From positions 1-38,726 of the IMG/VR virus record IMGVR_UViG_3300037310_000254: 38,726 nucleotides of DNA; one strand, written 5' to 3'. A program made the translations under genes and the position numbers. Positions within the stretch are counted from its first letter, which is position 1. Each line of letters begins with the position of its first letter. The stretch comes from a virus. Lineage: Duplodnaviria; Caudoviricetes. Positions 25,853 through 34,500 of this stretch are shown here, piece by piece. The notes under the pieces are model-generated. The model saw only the letters and a program-made list of their open reading frames with translations, did not search any database and was not told where the DNA came from.

Positions 25853-26368
25853 ATGAGCGAGCAAGAAAGTCTGCTGGATCTGGATGATGTTGAGAACCTG
25901 AGTCTGGATGCGATTGATGATCTGCCTGAATTTGTTATTCCACCGGATGGTCTTTATGTTTTTGCAACCAAGACAGCGAAGATCACCAAAACTCAAGACA
26001 AGAAAACCGGAGGTGAGAAGAAGCGTATTAACCATACGTATTCCATTGCCAAGGTTATTCAAATCGCTGATCCAAATGAATTGGTTCCTCCTCTCGGATC
26101 TTTGGTTGGTGAAAACTTTACATTCAACCAAATGGGACTTGAGATTTGGAAAACCAAAATCAAGGGAATTCTTGGAACTGAGTTGATCAAAGGTTTGAGC
26201 ATTGCAGAAGCTCTTTCCGAGGTTAGCCAGAATACTTACACTTTCGTTGGAAAGACTCGAATCAAAAAGGGTTCCAATGATGCTGGACAGGAGTTCGAGA
26301 ATGTTCAGATTCAGGTTATTCGGGCAGCAACAGATGAGGATCTGGAAGATGCAAAACTGCCCGAATAA
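25853..26368 (+). CDS. Putative single-stranded DNA-binding protein (DUF669-like)
   Basis: Follows the Sak4-like ATPase; PPDGLY, beta-rich body, acidic termini, GGAG RBS, terminator after it. Confidence 0.6.
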   Translation: MSEQESLLDLDDVENLSLDAIDDLPEFVIPPDGLYVFATKTAKITKTQDKKTGGEKKRINHTYSIAKVIQIADPNELVPPLGSLVGENFTFNQMGLEIWKTKIKGILGTELIKGLSIAEALSEVSQNTYTFVGKTRIKKGSNDAGQEFENVQIQVIRAATDEDLEDAKLPE

Positions 26369-26390
26369 TCATTAAGTTTTTCGACTTACT

Positions 26391-26416
26391 AAGCCCGGAG
26401 AAATCTGGGCTTTTTT
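26391..26416 (+). terminator. Rho-independent terminator
   Basis: AAGCCCGGA-GAAA-TCTGGGCTT followed by a T tract. Confidence 0.85.
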
Positions 26417-26439
26417 CTTCCTTTCTCATGGAGTACAAA

Positions 26440-26871
26440 ATGAGTAACGTACCAAAAATGTTGCAACGTAATATTCTTGAAGAAGCCCATGAGCTTATCA
26501 ATGGGGACAGAAGAAAAGACTATGGAGAAGTAAGTGAGAGCTTTAAGAAAATGGCTACACTTGCCTCCATTTTTCTTAAAAAAGATTTAACCGAATTGGA
26601 CATTTGTTGGATTATGATTGCCGTTAAAATTTGTCGACAACTAAATCAATCCAAAAGAGATAATCTTGTGGACTTAGCTGGATATACAGGACTTATGCAA
26701 CAACTTTTAGATGGGAAAGAAAAAGAGAATCTAAATTTTGAAGAACTTGCATTCCAACACCACAATCGTATTCGCCATTCATATGAAGAGGAGTTAAAAA
26801 ACTATCTTAGAGAGAAAGATCTTTATCAACCTAAAACTGGCGTTATGGGCAAGGATGAAAATCCTAGTTAA
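26440..26871 (+). CDS. DUF6378 protein
   Basis: ILEEAxELINGDRxxDYG, MIxVKIxR, DNLVDLAGY. Confidence 0.8.
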   Translation: MSNVPKMLQRNILEEAHELINGDRRKDYGEVSESFKKMATLASIFLKKDLTELDICWIMIAVKICRQLNQSKRDNLVDLAGYTGLMQQLLDGKEKENLNFEELAFQHHNRIRHSYEEELKNYLREKDLYQPKTGVMGKDENPS

Positions 26872-29131
26872 TTATGATATTCAAAATAAAAAATTCCTCC
26901 CATTTCTAGCTAACCTTCTTAAAGAACAGGGGCACTATGGATTAACAACATCAAAAACTTACGAAATTGGAAATCTCCTTATTGCCGCTAATGCAGCTCA
27001 ATGTGATGCAATTTTACTCAGCAATGAAGAAACATTGGCAAATTGTGTTAAAAGCGAAGAAGAAAAAAATCCAAGCCTCTCAACCTGGCGTGGCTCCAGA
27101 TTAAATTTCTCAATTCCTACCATTGTAATCTCGCCTCTTACTCATCTTAAATCTCTCCCATATGGAGAGTTTGTCATGAGAAAGGATTTGGCCAAACTTT
27201 CTCAAGTCAAACGTAAACCTTTACAACTTAAATATAAGTTGATGGAAACAAAGAAGGATCGAGAAGAAGGGGCCGCCCTTTTAAGTACCTCGAAACTAAT
27301 CTCCATCGACATAGAAACTGATGATCTAAATCGAATCACTTGCATTTCTTTTTCAGCATTACTATCAATGGGAAAAACAATAACATATCTCCTCCCATTT
27401 TGGGATTTTGAAGTTCCTCACTTCCTTTCCGATACAGATTTTATTCATGCACACTCCACAATGAAAACCATTGTAGAAAATTCAGTTCCTAAAGTTTTTC
27501 AAAATGGACTTTACGATGTTCAATTACTTATTGGGCACCAATGTTGGGTTGAAAATTGGATTGGAGATACGATGGCATTAAACTATTGTAAATGGTCTGA
27601 ACTTCCAAAAGACCTAGCTTTCATTGCAAGTCTATATCTTTACGACTATTATTATTGGAAAGAAGATAAGAAAACAAATGACCTGCAAAAGTTTTGGCTT
27701 TATAATGCACGAGATGCTTGGAATACTTTACGTATCTTTCTTCATCAATGCGCTGACCAAGAAACTTACCAGATTAGAAACTACCAAGAACAGTTCCGAT
27801 TAGTTTTTCCTAGTTTATATTGTGCTTTTGAAGGATTCAAAATAGATGAACAAGCAAAAGCTGAACAACGAATTGAAGTTGAGAAGGAAAGAGATAAAGC
27901 ACTTGTAAATTTACAAATTATGACCTGTGATGCTACATTTAATCCAGGTTCCTCTCAACAAGTTGCCACCTTCATCTATGATATTATTGGAGCTAAACCA
28001 CAAAAAGATTACAAAGGAAACGTTAGTCGCTCCACAGATGAAAAAGTTCTAAAGAAGGTTGCACTTCAACATCCTTTACTTGAGCGAATAATTCGAGAAA
28101 TTTGGAATTATCGAGAACAAGAAAAACTTATCACTACATATTTCAATGCAGTTCCTCTTAATGGAAGATTATTTTATAGTCTTAATCCATTTGGAACTGA
28201 CACAGGACGTATGGCTAGTCGAAAATCTAATTGGCGATTAAAATACAGAGACGAAAAAAATAAAATTAAGAAAACTGGTTATGGTGCACAAGTTCAAAAT
28301 ATTCCTCCTGAAGCTAAGAAATTTCTCATTGCAGATGCAGGTTATGTTGTTCTTGAACCTGACAATAACAAATCAGAAGCTCGTTGTGTTTCAAAACTAT
28401 CAAAATGTAAACCAATGCAACAAGCTTTAGAGGATAAAACAAAGGATTTCTATTCTTCATTAGGCACCCTTTTCTTTGGTATTCCTTATGAACAGGTTAC
28501 AAAAGCTCTTCGAAATCTTGTTCTTAAACGAATTGTTCATGGAACTAATTATATGATGCAAGAAGATACATTCATTGACAATATAGGTATTCCTCAAATT
28601 ATGGAAGGAACTAAACTTCTAGGAGCTCACATAAGTCCAAATCTCGAATATGATGAAACAAAACTTCATTTTCAAAATATTAAACAATTTGCCAAATTTC
28701 TACTTGAGTCTTATCATAAACCATTCCCAGAAGTGCGTGAATGGTATAAAGTTATCAAACGCAAAATTATGGCAACCAAAAAGTTAGTAAGTGTTCTTGG
28801 GTGGACTCGTTACTTTTTTGGAGACATTGAAAATGTGCCGGCCGTTTTAAGATCCGCCGTAGCTCATGAGCCTCAAAATTTAAGTGTTGCAATTCTTAAC
28901 CGAGGCTGGTACAAACTCTATAAAGAATTAGTTATTCCATCTAATGGAGAAGTTCGACTTAAAGCTCAAGTCCATGACTCAGCTCCTTGCCAAGTGTTAG
29001 AAGAGAAAAAAGATTACTATGCGCCACTTATTTGTAAATGCCTGGAATCAACTGTGATGGTCGGGGATGAGCCATTAAAGATTCCAGTGGATTACAAAAT
29101 GGGGCACTCATGGTATGATGCTAAGGGATGA
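26855..29131 (+). CDS. polA: Family A DNA polymerase with 3'-5' exonuclease and degenerate UDG-like N-terminal domain
   Basis: Exo DIETD/QNGLYD/YNARD; FNPGSSQQV, TDTGRMAS, QNIP; motif A DNNKSEAR, motif B KRIVHGTNY, motif C QVHDS. Confidence 0.93.
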   Translation: MKILVNYDIQNKKFLPFLANLLKEQGHYGLTTSKTYEIGNLLIAANAAQCDAILLSNEETLANCVKSEEEKNPSLSTWRGSRLNFSIPTIVISPLTHLKSLPYGEFVMRKDLAKLSQVKRKPLQLKYKLMETKKDREEGAALLSTSKLISIDIETDDLNRITCISFSALLSMGKTITYLLPFWDFEVPHFLSDTDFIHAHSTMKTIVENSVPKVFQNGLYDVQLLIGHQCWVENWIGDTMALNYCKWSELPKDLAFIASLYLYDYYYWKEDKKTNDLQKFWLYNARDAWNTLRIFLHQCADQETYQIRNYQEQFRLVFPSLYCAFEGFKIDEQAKAEQRIEVEKERDKALVNLQIMTCDATFNPGSSQQVATFIYDIIGAKPQKDYKGNVSRSTDEKVLKKVALQHPLLERIIREIWNYREQEKLITTYFNAVPLNGRLFYSLNPFGTDTGRMASRKSNWRLKYRDEKNKIKKTGYGAQVQNIPPEAKKFLIADAGYVVLEPDNNKSEARCVSKLSKCKPMQQALEDKTKDFYSSLGTLFFGIPYEQVTKALRNLVLKRIVHGTNYMMQEDTFIDNIGIPQIMEGTKLLGAHISPNLEYDETKLHFQNIKQFAKFLLESYHKPFPEVREWYKVIKRKIMATKKLVSVLGWTRYFFGDIENVPAVLRSAVAHEPQNLSVAILNRGWYKLYKELVIPSNGEVRLKAQVHDSAPCQVLEEKKDYYAPLICKCLESTVMVGDEPLKIPVDYKMGHSWYDAKG

Positions 29132-30368
29132 AGCTCTTACCGCAAGCTTTTTTACTGACTACTTTACTTACATTGGTGAAAGTGAATCTCCTCCAATTTA
29201 TCATCGTTGGGCATCAATTGCAATAATTGCTGCACTTCTAGGGCGTCAAGCCTGGTTTCCATTCGGACATACTAAACTCTACCCAAATTTCTACATTATG
29301 TTAGTTGGCAGTCCTGGAACTAGAAAAGGAACTGCCATAACTCCTGCTAAAAAAGTTCTTCGTTCCTGTGGTTATTCAAAATTCTCCCCAGATAGACTTT
29401 CTCCAGAACGGTTCATTGCAGAATTAGTTAATTCAGGAAACAAGGTTATTATTGATGGAGAAGAATTTGAACAACTAGCTGTAGAAGGTCCAAGTGAACT
29501 TTTTATTGCTGCCCCAGAATTTGGAGATTTTATTGGGCGAGGAAATTTTGCATTTGTCGATTTACTTACTAACCTTTGGGATAATCTTGATGATTATCAA
29601 CACCCAAAACTTCACGGAAAAAGTATTCATGTTTCGCAACCCACAGTTAATCTTCTTACAGCTACAACACCGCAAGGAATTGCACTTTCCATTCCTCCTG
29701 AAGCTATTGGCCAGGGATTTATGAGTAGATTTATTCTTGTTTATGGAGAACCTACAGGTCACAAAATTACATTTCCAAAAGCCATAGAACAAGAAACTAT
29801 TGAATGGATGGCTTCAAAATTGAAAGACATAAAAACCGAGGTGCAAGGTGAGTTTTATGTGGATCGAGAAGCACGAGAGCTTTTCCATCGAATCTATAGA
29901 GAATTTGAAGATCTCGATGATTTCAGATTCAAACACTATGCGACGAGAAGATTTACGCATGTTATTAAACTCGCAGCCATTTCTGCGGCATCTAGATACT
30001 CTTTGGAAATTACAAATTACGACGCCCTTTTTGCGAATACGTTGTTACATTATACTGAACAGAATATGGCCCGCGCTCTTGGTGAATTCGGTAAAGCAAA
30101 ACATGCTGAAGTTTCTAATAACATACTTGAAATTATTCGACACACCAAAACACCCTTGGGAATAAAAGAACTCTGGAAAAAAGTTAGTCAAGATTTGAAC
30201 ACTTACGCTGATCTTCAAGACATTGTACGAAATCTTCTTCATGCAGGAAAATTGCAACAGGTAGCAATAAAAGGCAAGTCAATTCTCTTACCTTTAAGAG
30301 AGGTGAAAGAAGGATGGAAACCCGAGTTGTTAGCTCCAGAACTTTTTCTTTTGGAAGAAAGGATTTAG
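29115..30368 (+). CDS. DUF3987/YfjI-like P-loop ATPase (putative replicative helicase) with C-terminal wHTH
   Basis: ESPxxYHRW, YPNFYIMLVGSPGTRKGT, PEFGDF, LTNLWD, GFMSRFILVY. Confidence 0.8.
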   Translation: MMLRDEALTASFFTDYFTYIGESESPPIYHRWASIAIIAALLGRQAWFPFGHTKLYPNFYIMLVGSPGTRKGTAITPAKKVLRSCGYSKFSPDRLSPERFIAELVNSGNKVIIDGEEFEQLAVEGPSELFIAAPEFGDFIGRGNFAFVDLLTNLWDNLDDYQHPKLHGKSIHVSQPTVNLLTATTPQGIALSIPPEAIGQGFMSRFILVYGEPTGHKITFPKAIEQETIEWMASKLKDIKTEVQGEFYVDREARELFHRIYREFEDLDDFRFKHYATRRFTHVIKLAAISAASRYSLEITNYDALFANTLLHYTEQNMARALGEFGKAKHAEVSNNILEIIRHTKTPLGIKELWKKVSQDLNTYADLQDIVRNLLHAGKLQQVAIKGKSILLPLREVKEGWKPELLAPELFLLEERI

Positions 30369-30369
30369 C

Positions 30370-30771
30370 ATGAAATTCAAAATTGGAGATCGTGTTAGAA
30401 AAATTGGTGGAGACTATCAAATGGATGGAACAGTGGTCGCGGCCTTTTTAACAACCTCTGGAGCAGAGCGTTATGTTTTTGAAGCTAACGAACCAAAAGG
30501 ACTTTTACATATTTACTCTGAACGAAATTTAGATTTTCAATTAACGCGAAATTCTGAAATGTCTATTCGATATTGTGCAGCTACTTGGCGAGAATATAGA
30601 ATGCACCAACTTCCTGTTGAACTAAAATTTTATACTTCAGTAGGAGAAGCACTTGCCCACACACAACCATGCTATGATTTATATATTTTCCAAGTTACAC
30701 AAGGTTCGCCGCTTATTCCAGTTGCTTATTGGGATGAAACAAAAGCTAAATGGATAACCGACAATGAATAA
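30370..30771 (+). CDS. Protein with N-terminal DfrB/R67-like SH3 domain
   Basis: FKIGDRVRKxxG..GxVV..T..RYVxE..GLLHIY..L aligns by eye with the R67 DHFR core. Confidence 0.6.
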   Translation: MKFKIGDRVRKIGGDYQMDGTVVAAFLTTSGAERYVFEANEPKGLLHIYSERNLDFQLTRNSEMSIRYCAATWREYRMHQLPVELKFYTSVGEALAHTQPCYDLYIFQVTQGSPLIPVAYWDETKAKWITDNE

Positions 30772-31108
30772 GAAAAAAGACACTGGTTATCTTCCAAGTG
30801 GAATTAAAGAAGAGCTTCGAGACAAACTTGCCAAACGTGATTGGCAAAAAGCCCCCACCAAGGATAAAGCCAATCCAAACCATTTAACTTCAAAAGAATT
30901 AGAAGCCAATCAATGGTCAGGGGTTAGAACAAATCCGTTAACTCAAGATTTAGAAATTTGGATTTTAGGTCAAAAAGCTAAGTCCATTTCTTCTTTCGAG
31001 TTAAGTTTAAATTCCGCCGCTTTTCATGAAGCTCTTTGTGAAATTTTTGCAACAAATGGAATTGAAATTGTTGATCCTGTGGAGATTATGAAAAATGGAC
31101 ATTACTGA
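30764..31108 (+). CDS. Hypothetical protein
   Basis: 114-aa ORF overlapping both neighbours. Confidence 0.7.
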   Translation: MNKKKDTGYLPSGIKEELRDKLAKRDWQKAPTKDKANPNHLTSKELEANQWSGVRTNPLTQDLEIWILGQKAKSISSFELSLNSAAFHEALCEIFATNGIEIVDPVEIMKNGHY

Positions 31109-31343
31109 AAATCAGCCAATCTTTTCTCCAGAAACTCTTGCTCGACATAACTATCAATGGGAGTTAGTAGATCAATTATACGCAGAATTTATTGTTGAGC
31201 CTGATGGCTTTTCACAATGGGAACAAAATTTTATCCAGTCATGTTATAGTCTTTTAAGAAATTCACAACCAGATTTTTGTCTTACTCAAACTCAACAAGA
31301 AAAATTAGATGATATTGCACTTAAAATTTGGGGAGACGATTAA
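31095..31343 (+). CDS. Hypothetical protein
   Basis: 82 aa; WExxFIxS...LTxxQxxKL pattern seen in small phage proteins. Confidence 0.65.
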   Translation: MDITENQPIFSPETLARHNYQWELVDQLYAEFIVEPDGFSQWEQNFIQSCYSLLRNSQPDFCLTQTQQEKLDDIALKIWGDD

Positions 31344-31345
31344 AC

Positions 31346-31386
31346 AAAAAAAATCCCTCCCAGTAATTCGGGAGGGATTTTACTTT
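31346..31386. terminator. Bidirectional terminator where the arms converge
   Basis: A8-TCCCTCCC-agtaattc-GGGAGGGA-TTTT. Confidence 0.9.
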
Positions 31387-31395
31387 CTTGCTATC

Positions 31396-31533
31396 TTACA
31401 AGTAGCTTCCGGAAACTACCACATTGTGCCAAAAAAGATACGAACTAAATTCTTGCCGTAACCGCAGTTGTTCCGCAGTACATCCCCCAATAAGCAGAAC
31501 TAGAAGAAAAATAACAAAACCTGCTTGCCTCAT
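31396..31533 (-). CDS. 45-aa predicted lipoprotein
   Basis: Not in track; MRQAGFVIFLLVLLIGG-C-TAEQ...: basic N-terminus, hydrophobic core, lipobox-like IGGC; starts 4 nt after the upstream stop and ends before the terminator. Confidence 0.6.
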   Translation of the reverse strand: MRQAGFVIFLLVLLIGGCTAEQLRLRQEFSSYLFWHNVVVSGSYL

Positions 31534-31536
31534 CTT

Positions 31537-34500
31537 CTAAAAGTTATCATCAATCAATCTTCGGATTGGAGAATCCGGTTCGAGCTTTTGGCGCAAATCG
31601 TATCTAGTACCAAATTCTGTTCTAAGCATTACATCATTTAATGCAGCATCAAATCCTTTTGAACTTCCTCCATTTCGGATATATTTTTCAGCCACAGTTT
31701 CAATCAATTCAGACGTAAGAGAATCGTTTCTAATTGCAATTCGTAAAGCGTTAATTGCTTCTTGTCGATTTTCAAAATCTGCTGTTCCATAAGAGGAATT
31801 AAGATGCACAGCGTTTCTAAGTTTTTGTTCTTCTAAAGGACGAAGTGCAAGAATTCTAGACATTACACCAGAAATTGTCCATACTTCTGCAGGAGTTTGT
31901 ACTGTATTTCCTTGACGAGTTATTGAATTTCCTAAAAAAATTTCTGCAAGTCTAGCACTTGGGCGATTAATTGTCTGTAGACTAACAGATTCTCCAAGGG
32001 CTCTTAATTTTCCTCCAAATCCTTCAGCATTTACAGCGGCATTAACTCCATGCGTCATTGCATCAAATCCACGAGTAAGAGTATTATAAATTGCGATATT
32101 ATCTATGTTGGGCACTCTCGGAGTAATGTCACCCCGAGTATAAAGTGCTGAATCAAAAAGTAAGTTCGAAGGTAATCCATAAAGAAGTAAATCTCCAGCA
32201 TTAGGTCCAACCATGCGATATGCGCCCGTAGTAAGATCTGTATTATCATAGCTATAAGCTTTAGCAATCATCTCTGAAAGAGCGTTATATCCAGGAAGAG
32301 AGTTAAGTCCAAAAATCCCAGCTTGCAAAAGAAATGTACGTGCGAGGTTCTTAAATGCACCAGCCTCCAAATCTCTAAACAAGGATTGAGCATAAGTTAG
32401 CATGTAAGTTTGATAAAGTGATATAGCAGATCCTAAAGTTCCTTGGAAAAAGACTGGGCGCTGAGCTGCAAAATAATTCCCAATTGCACGGTCTGCATAA
32501 TTAACAGCTAGAATAATAGCTCCTTTATCACCAATTCCAGGATAAGCACGTTTAGCTGTAGCAAATCCAATGTGCATTGCCATTTCACGAGTTAAGTTTT
32601 CAACAAAATCTGCGGGTTTAGCAAGTTTACGAACTGCACCAGAATTGATAAATGAATCTACTGCATAAAGAGCACTATCAACTGCTTCTTGCCCACGTTG
32701 TACTGTTTGAAGTAAGCCATTAACATCTGCATATTGACGAACAGCTTGATTTAAATGTCCTTCTTCTTCAAAAATTTTCTGAATTCTTTTTCCTTCAGGG
32801 CTCCAACGATGAGCTACTCCATCCATTAAAAGTTTCATTGGAGCAAAAAATTTATTTCCCGCTTGTGTTGTAAGAGTTGCAAATTTTTGAGTAAGAGCTG
32901 CAGTTCCTAAAATTGGAATAGAGAGAGCATTAGCAATTAAAAATCCGGCATCAAAAAGTCTAAGTTGAAAAAGTGCAGAAAGGGAATTTCCTGTAGAAAT
33001 AAGTTTTGGTTGAATATTCTGGGTTGTAGCAAATCTTGTTGCATAATATGAATCAAATGTACGCCAAGGATTTTCAATTTCAAGTTTAGCTAATTCCTTA
33101 TCGAGAATATCAAATTGTTTATGAATTTTAGTAACGTCTTTACTCCCACCAAAAGTTTCAAATGCAGCCACAGTTTTGTTAATTGCTTGAACTCCAAGTC
33201 CAAGAACAAGATCAAAAGTATCATCTAAAAATTTCCAAGTTGTAGAAATTTCTCGATTATCTCTACCAAGGAGAAGATTTTTAATTGTTACAGGAGAATT
33301 CTTAGCTCCAAATGTAGTTTTATTAATTCCAAACAATGGTTGTGCTCTAAGCCCCTCGTCATAAATTTGTGCCATTTGATCCAATGTAGCAGTGATATCA
33401 TGAAGATAAAGTTCATTAAATTTTCGAACTGCAGATTTAATTTGATATTCAAATCCCGAAAAAATTTGGTTAATAAATTCTTCTGGTTGAGGAGTAATAG
33501 CTTGCTGAGAACTTCCTCCATGCTTAAGTGCAATATTAGCTTGTGTAATGTACGGTGAGCCATCTACATAACCACTAACTTTGTTAAATTCCAATTGCAT
33601 ATCTCGAGAGATTATTTTAGCATTTGGATAAAGTTGTCGAAATGCCACTTCTTTATCTTTAAGTTCTTTAGCAGTATTAGCAAGAATAATTTGAATTGGG
33701 GTGCCACTCTTAGAATCTAGCACATAAGAATAGTGCTTGTTAATTAATGAGGGAGGAGGAAGATAAAACCCAAGATTTTCAAGTGGCTTCATTCCTCGAA
33801 ATTCTCGTAAAATATTATGGAAAGTAAAAAGTTCACGAGCTGCATCTTGCGTTGCTTCTAAAGCTTTAATAACTTCAGGTTGTTTTACATAAAAGATTTC
33901 TCCAGAAGAATTTAAGATTGCAGATGTAAGAAGCTCTTCTAATTTTGCATCTTTAGCTGCTTTACCACGAATAAAAAATGCATATCCATTTTCTGGGTTA
34001 ATAACCATTTGGCGGTATTCACTTAAACCCGCGAGCATATTAGCTGTAGCAGCGAATTCTACACCTTGAGTTGTCGTATTAGTCATATTAGAAAAGTGTG
34101 GCACCATAGGTTTAATAAGATCTTCAGTAATCTTATCCATGGCTTTAACAACTTGCTGTCCAATGTAAGTAAGGAACTCACCTTTAACTGGGTTTTCTGG
34201 AGTACCTTTAAGATCCCGTACCATATTATCCGCAGATTGCCAACGTGGATTTCCAACCATAGAATTATTTAATTCATTAACAAAACTACGAATGAATTGA
34301 ACACCATTAACCATTTCAGGATTATTATAAACAGCAAAAGCATCCTTAATCATTTTATTTCCTTTCGACATAACTAAATGTTCCATATAATCTAAATGTG
34401 CTTTTTGATAACTCATTGCATCAAGATTAGAAACTAATTCCGGTAATGGATTCTTAAAACGATTAGATGAAACCATTAAAAGCCCACGATCCGGAGAAAG

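Noticed and set aside
24436-29131. Z-base (2-aminoadenine) or other base-substitution pathway
   Set aside because: A MazG-like gene and unusual PolA are present, but no PurZ, DatZ, deaminase or transferase is recognisable.
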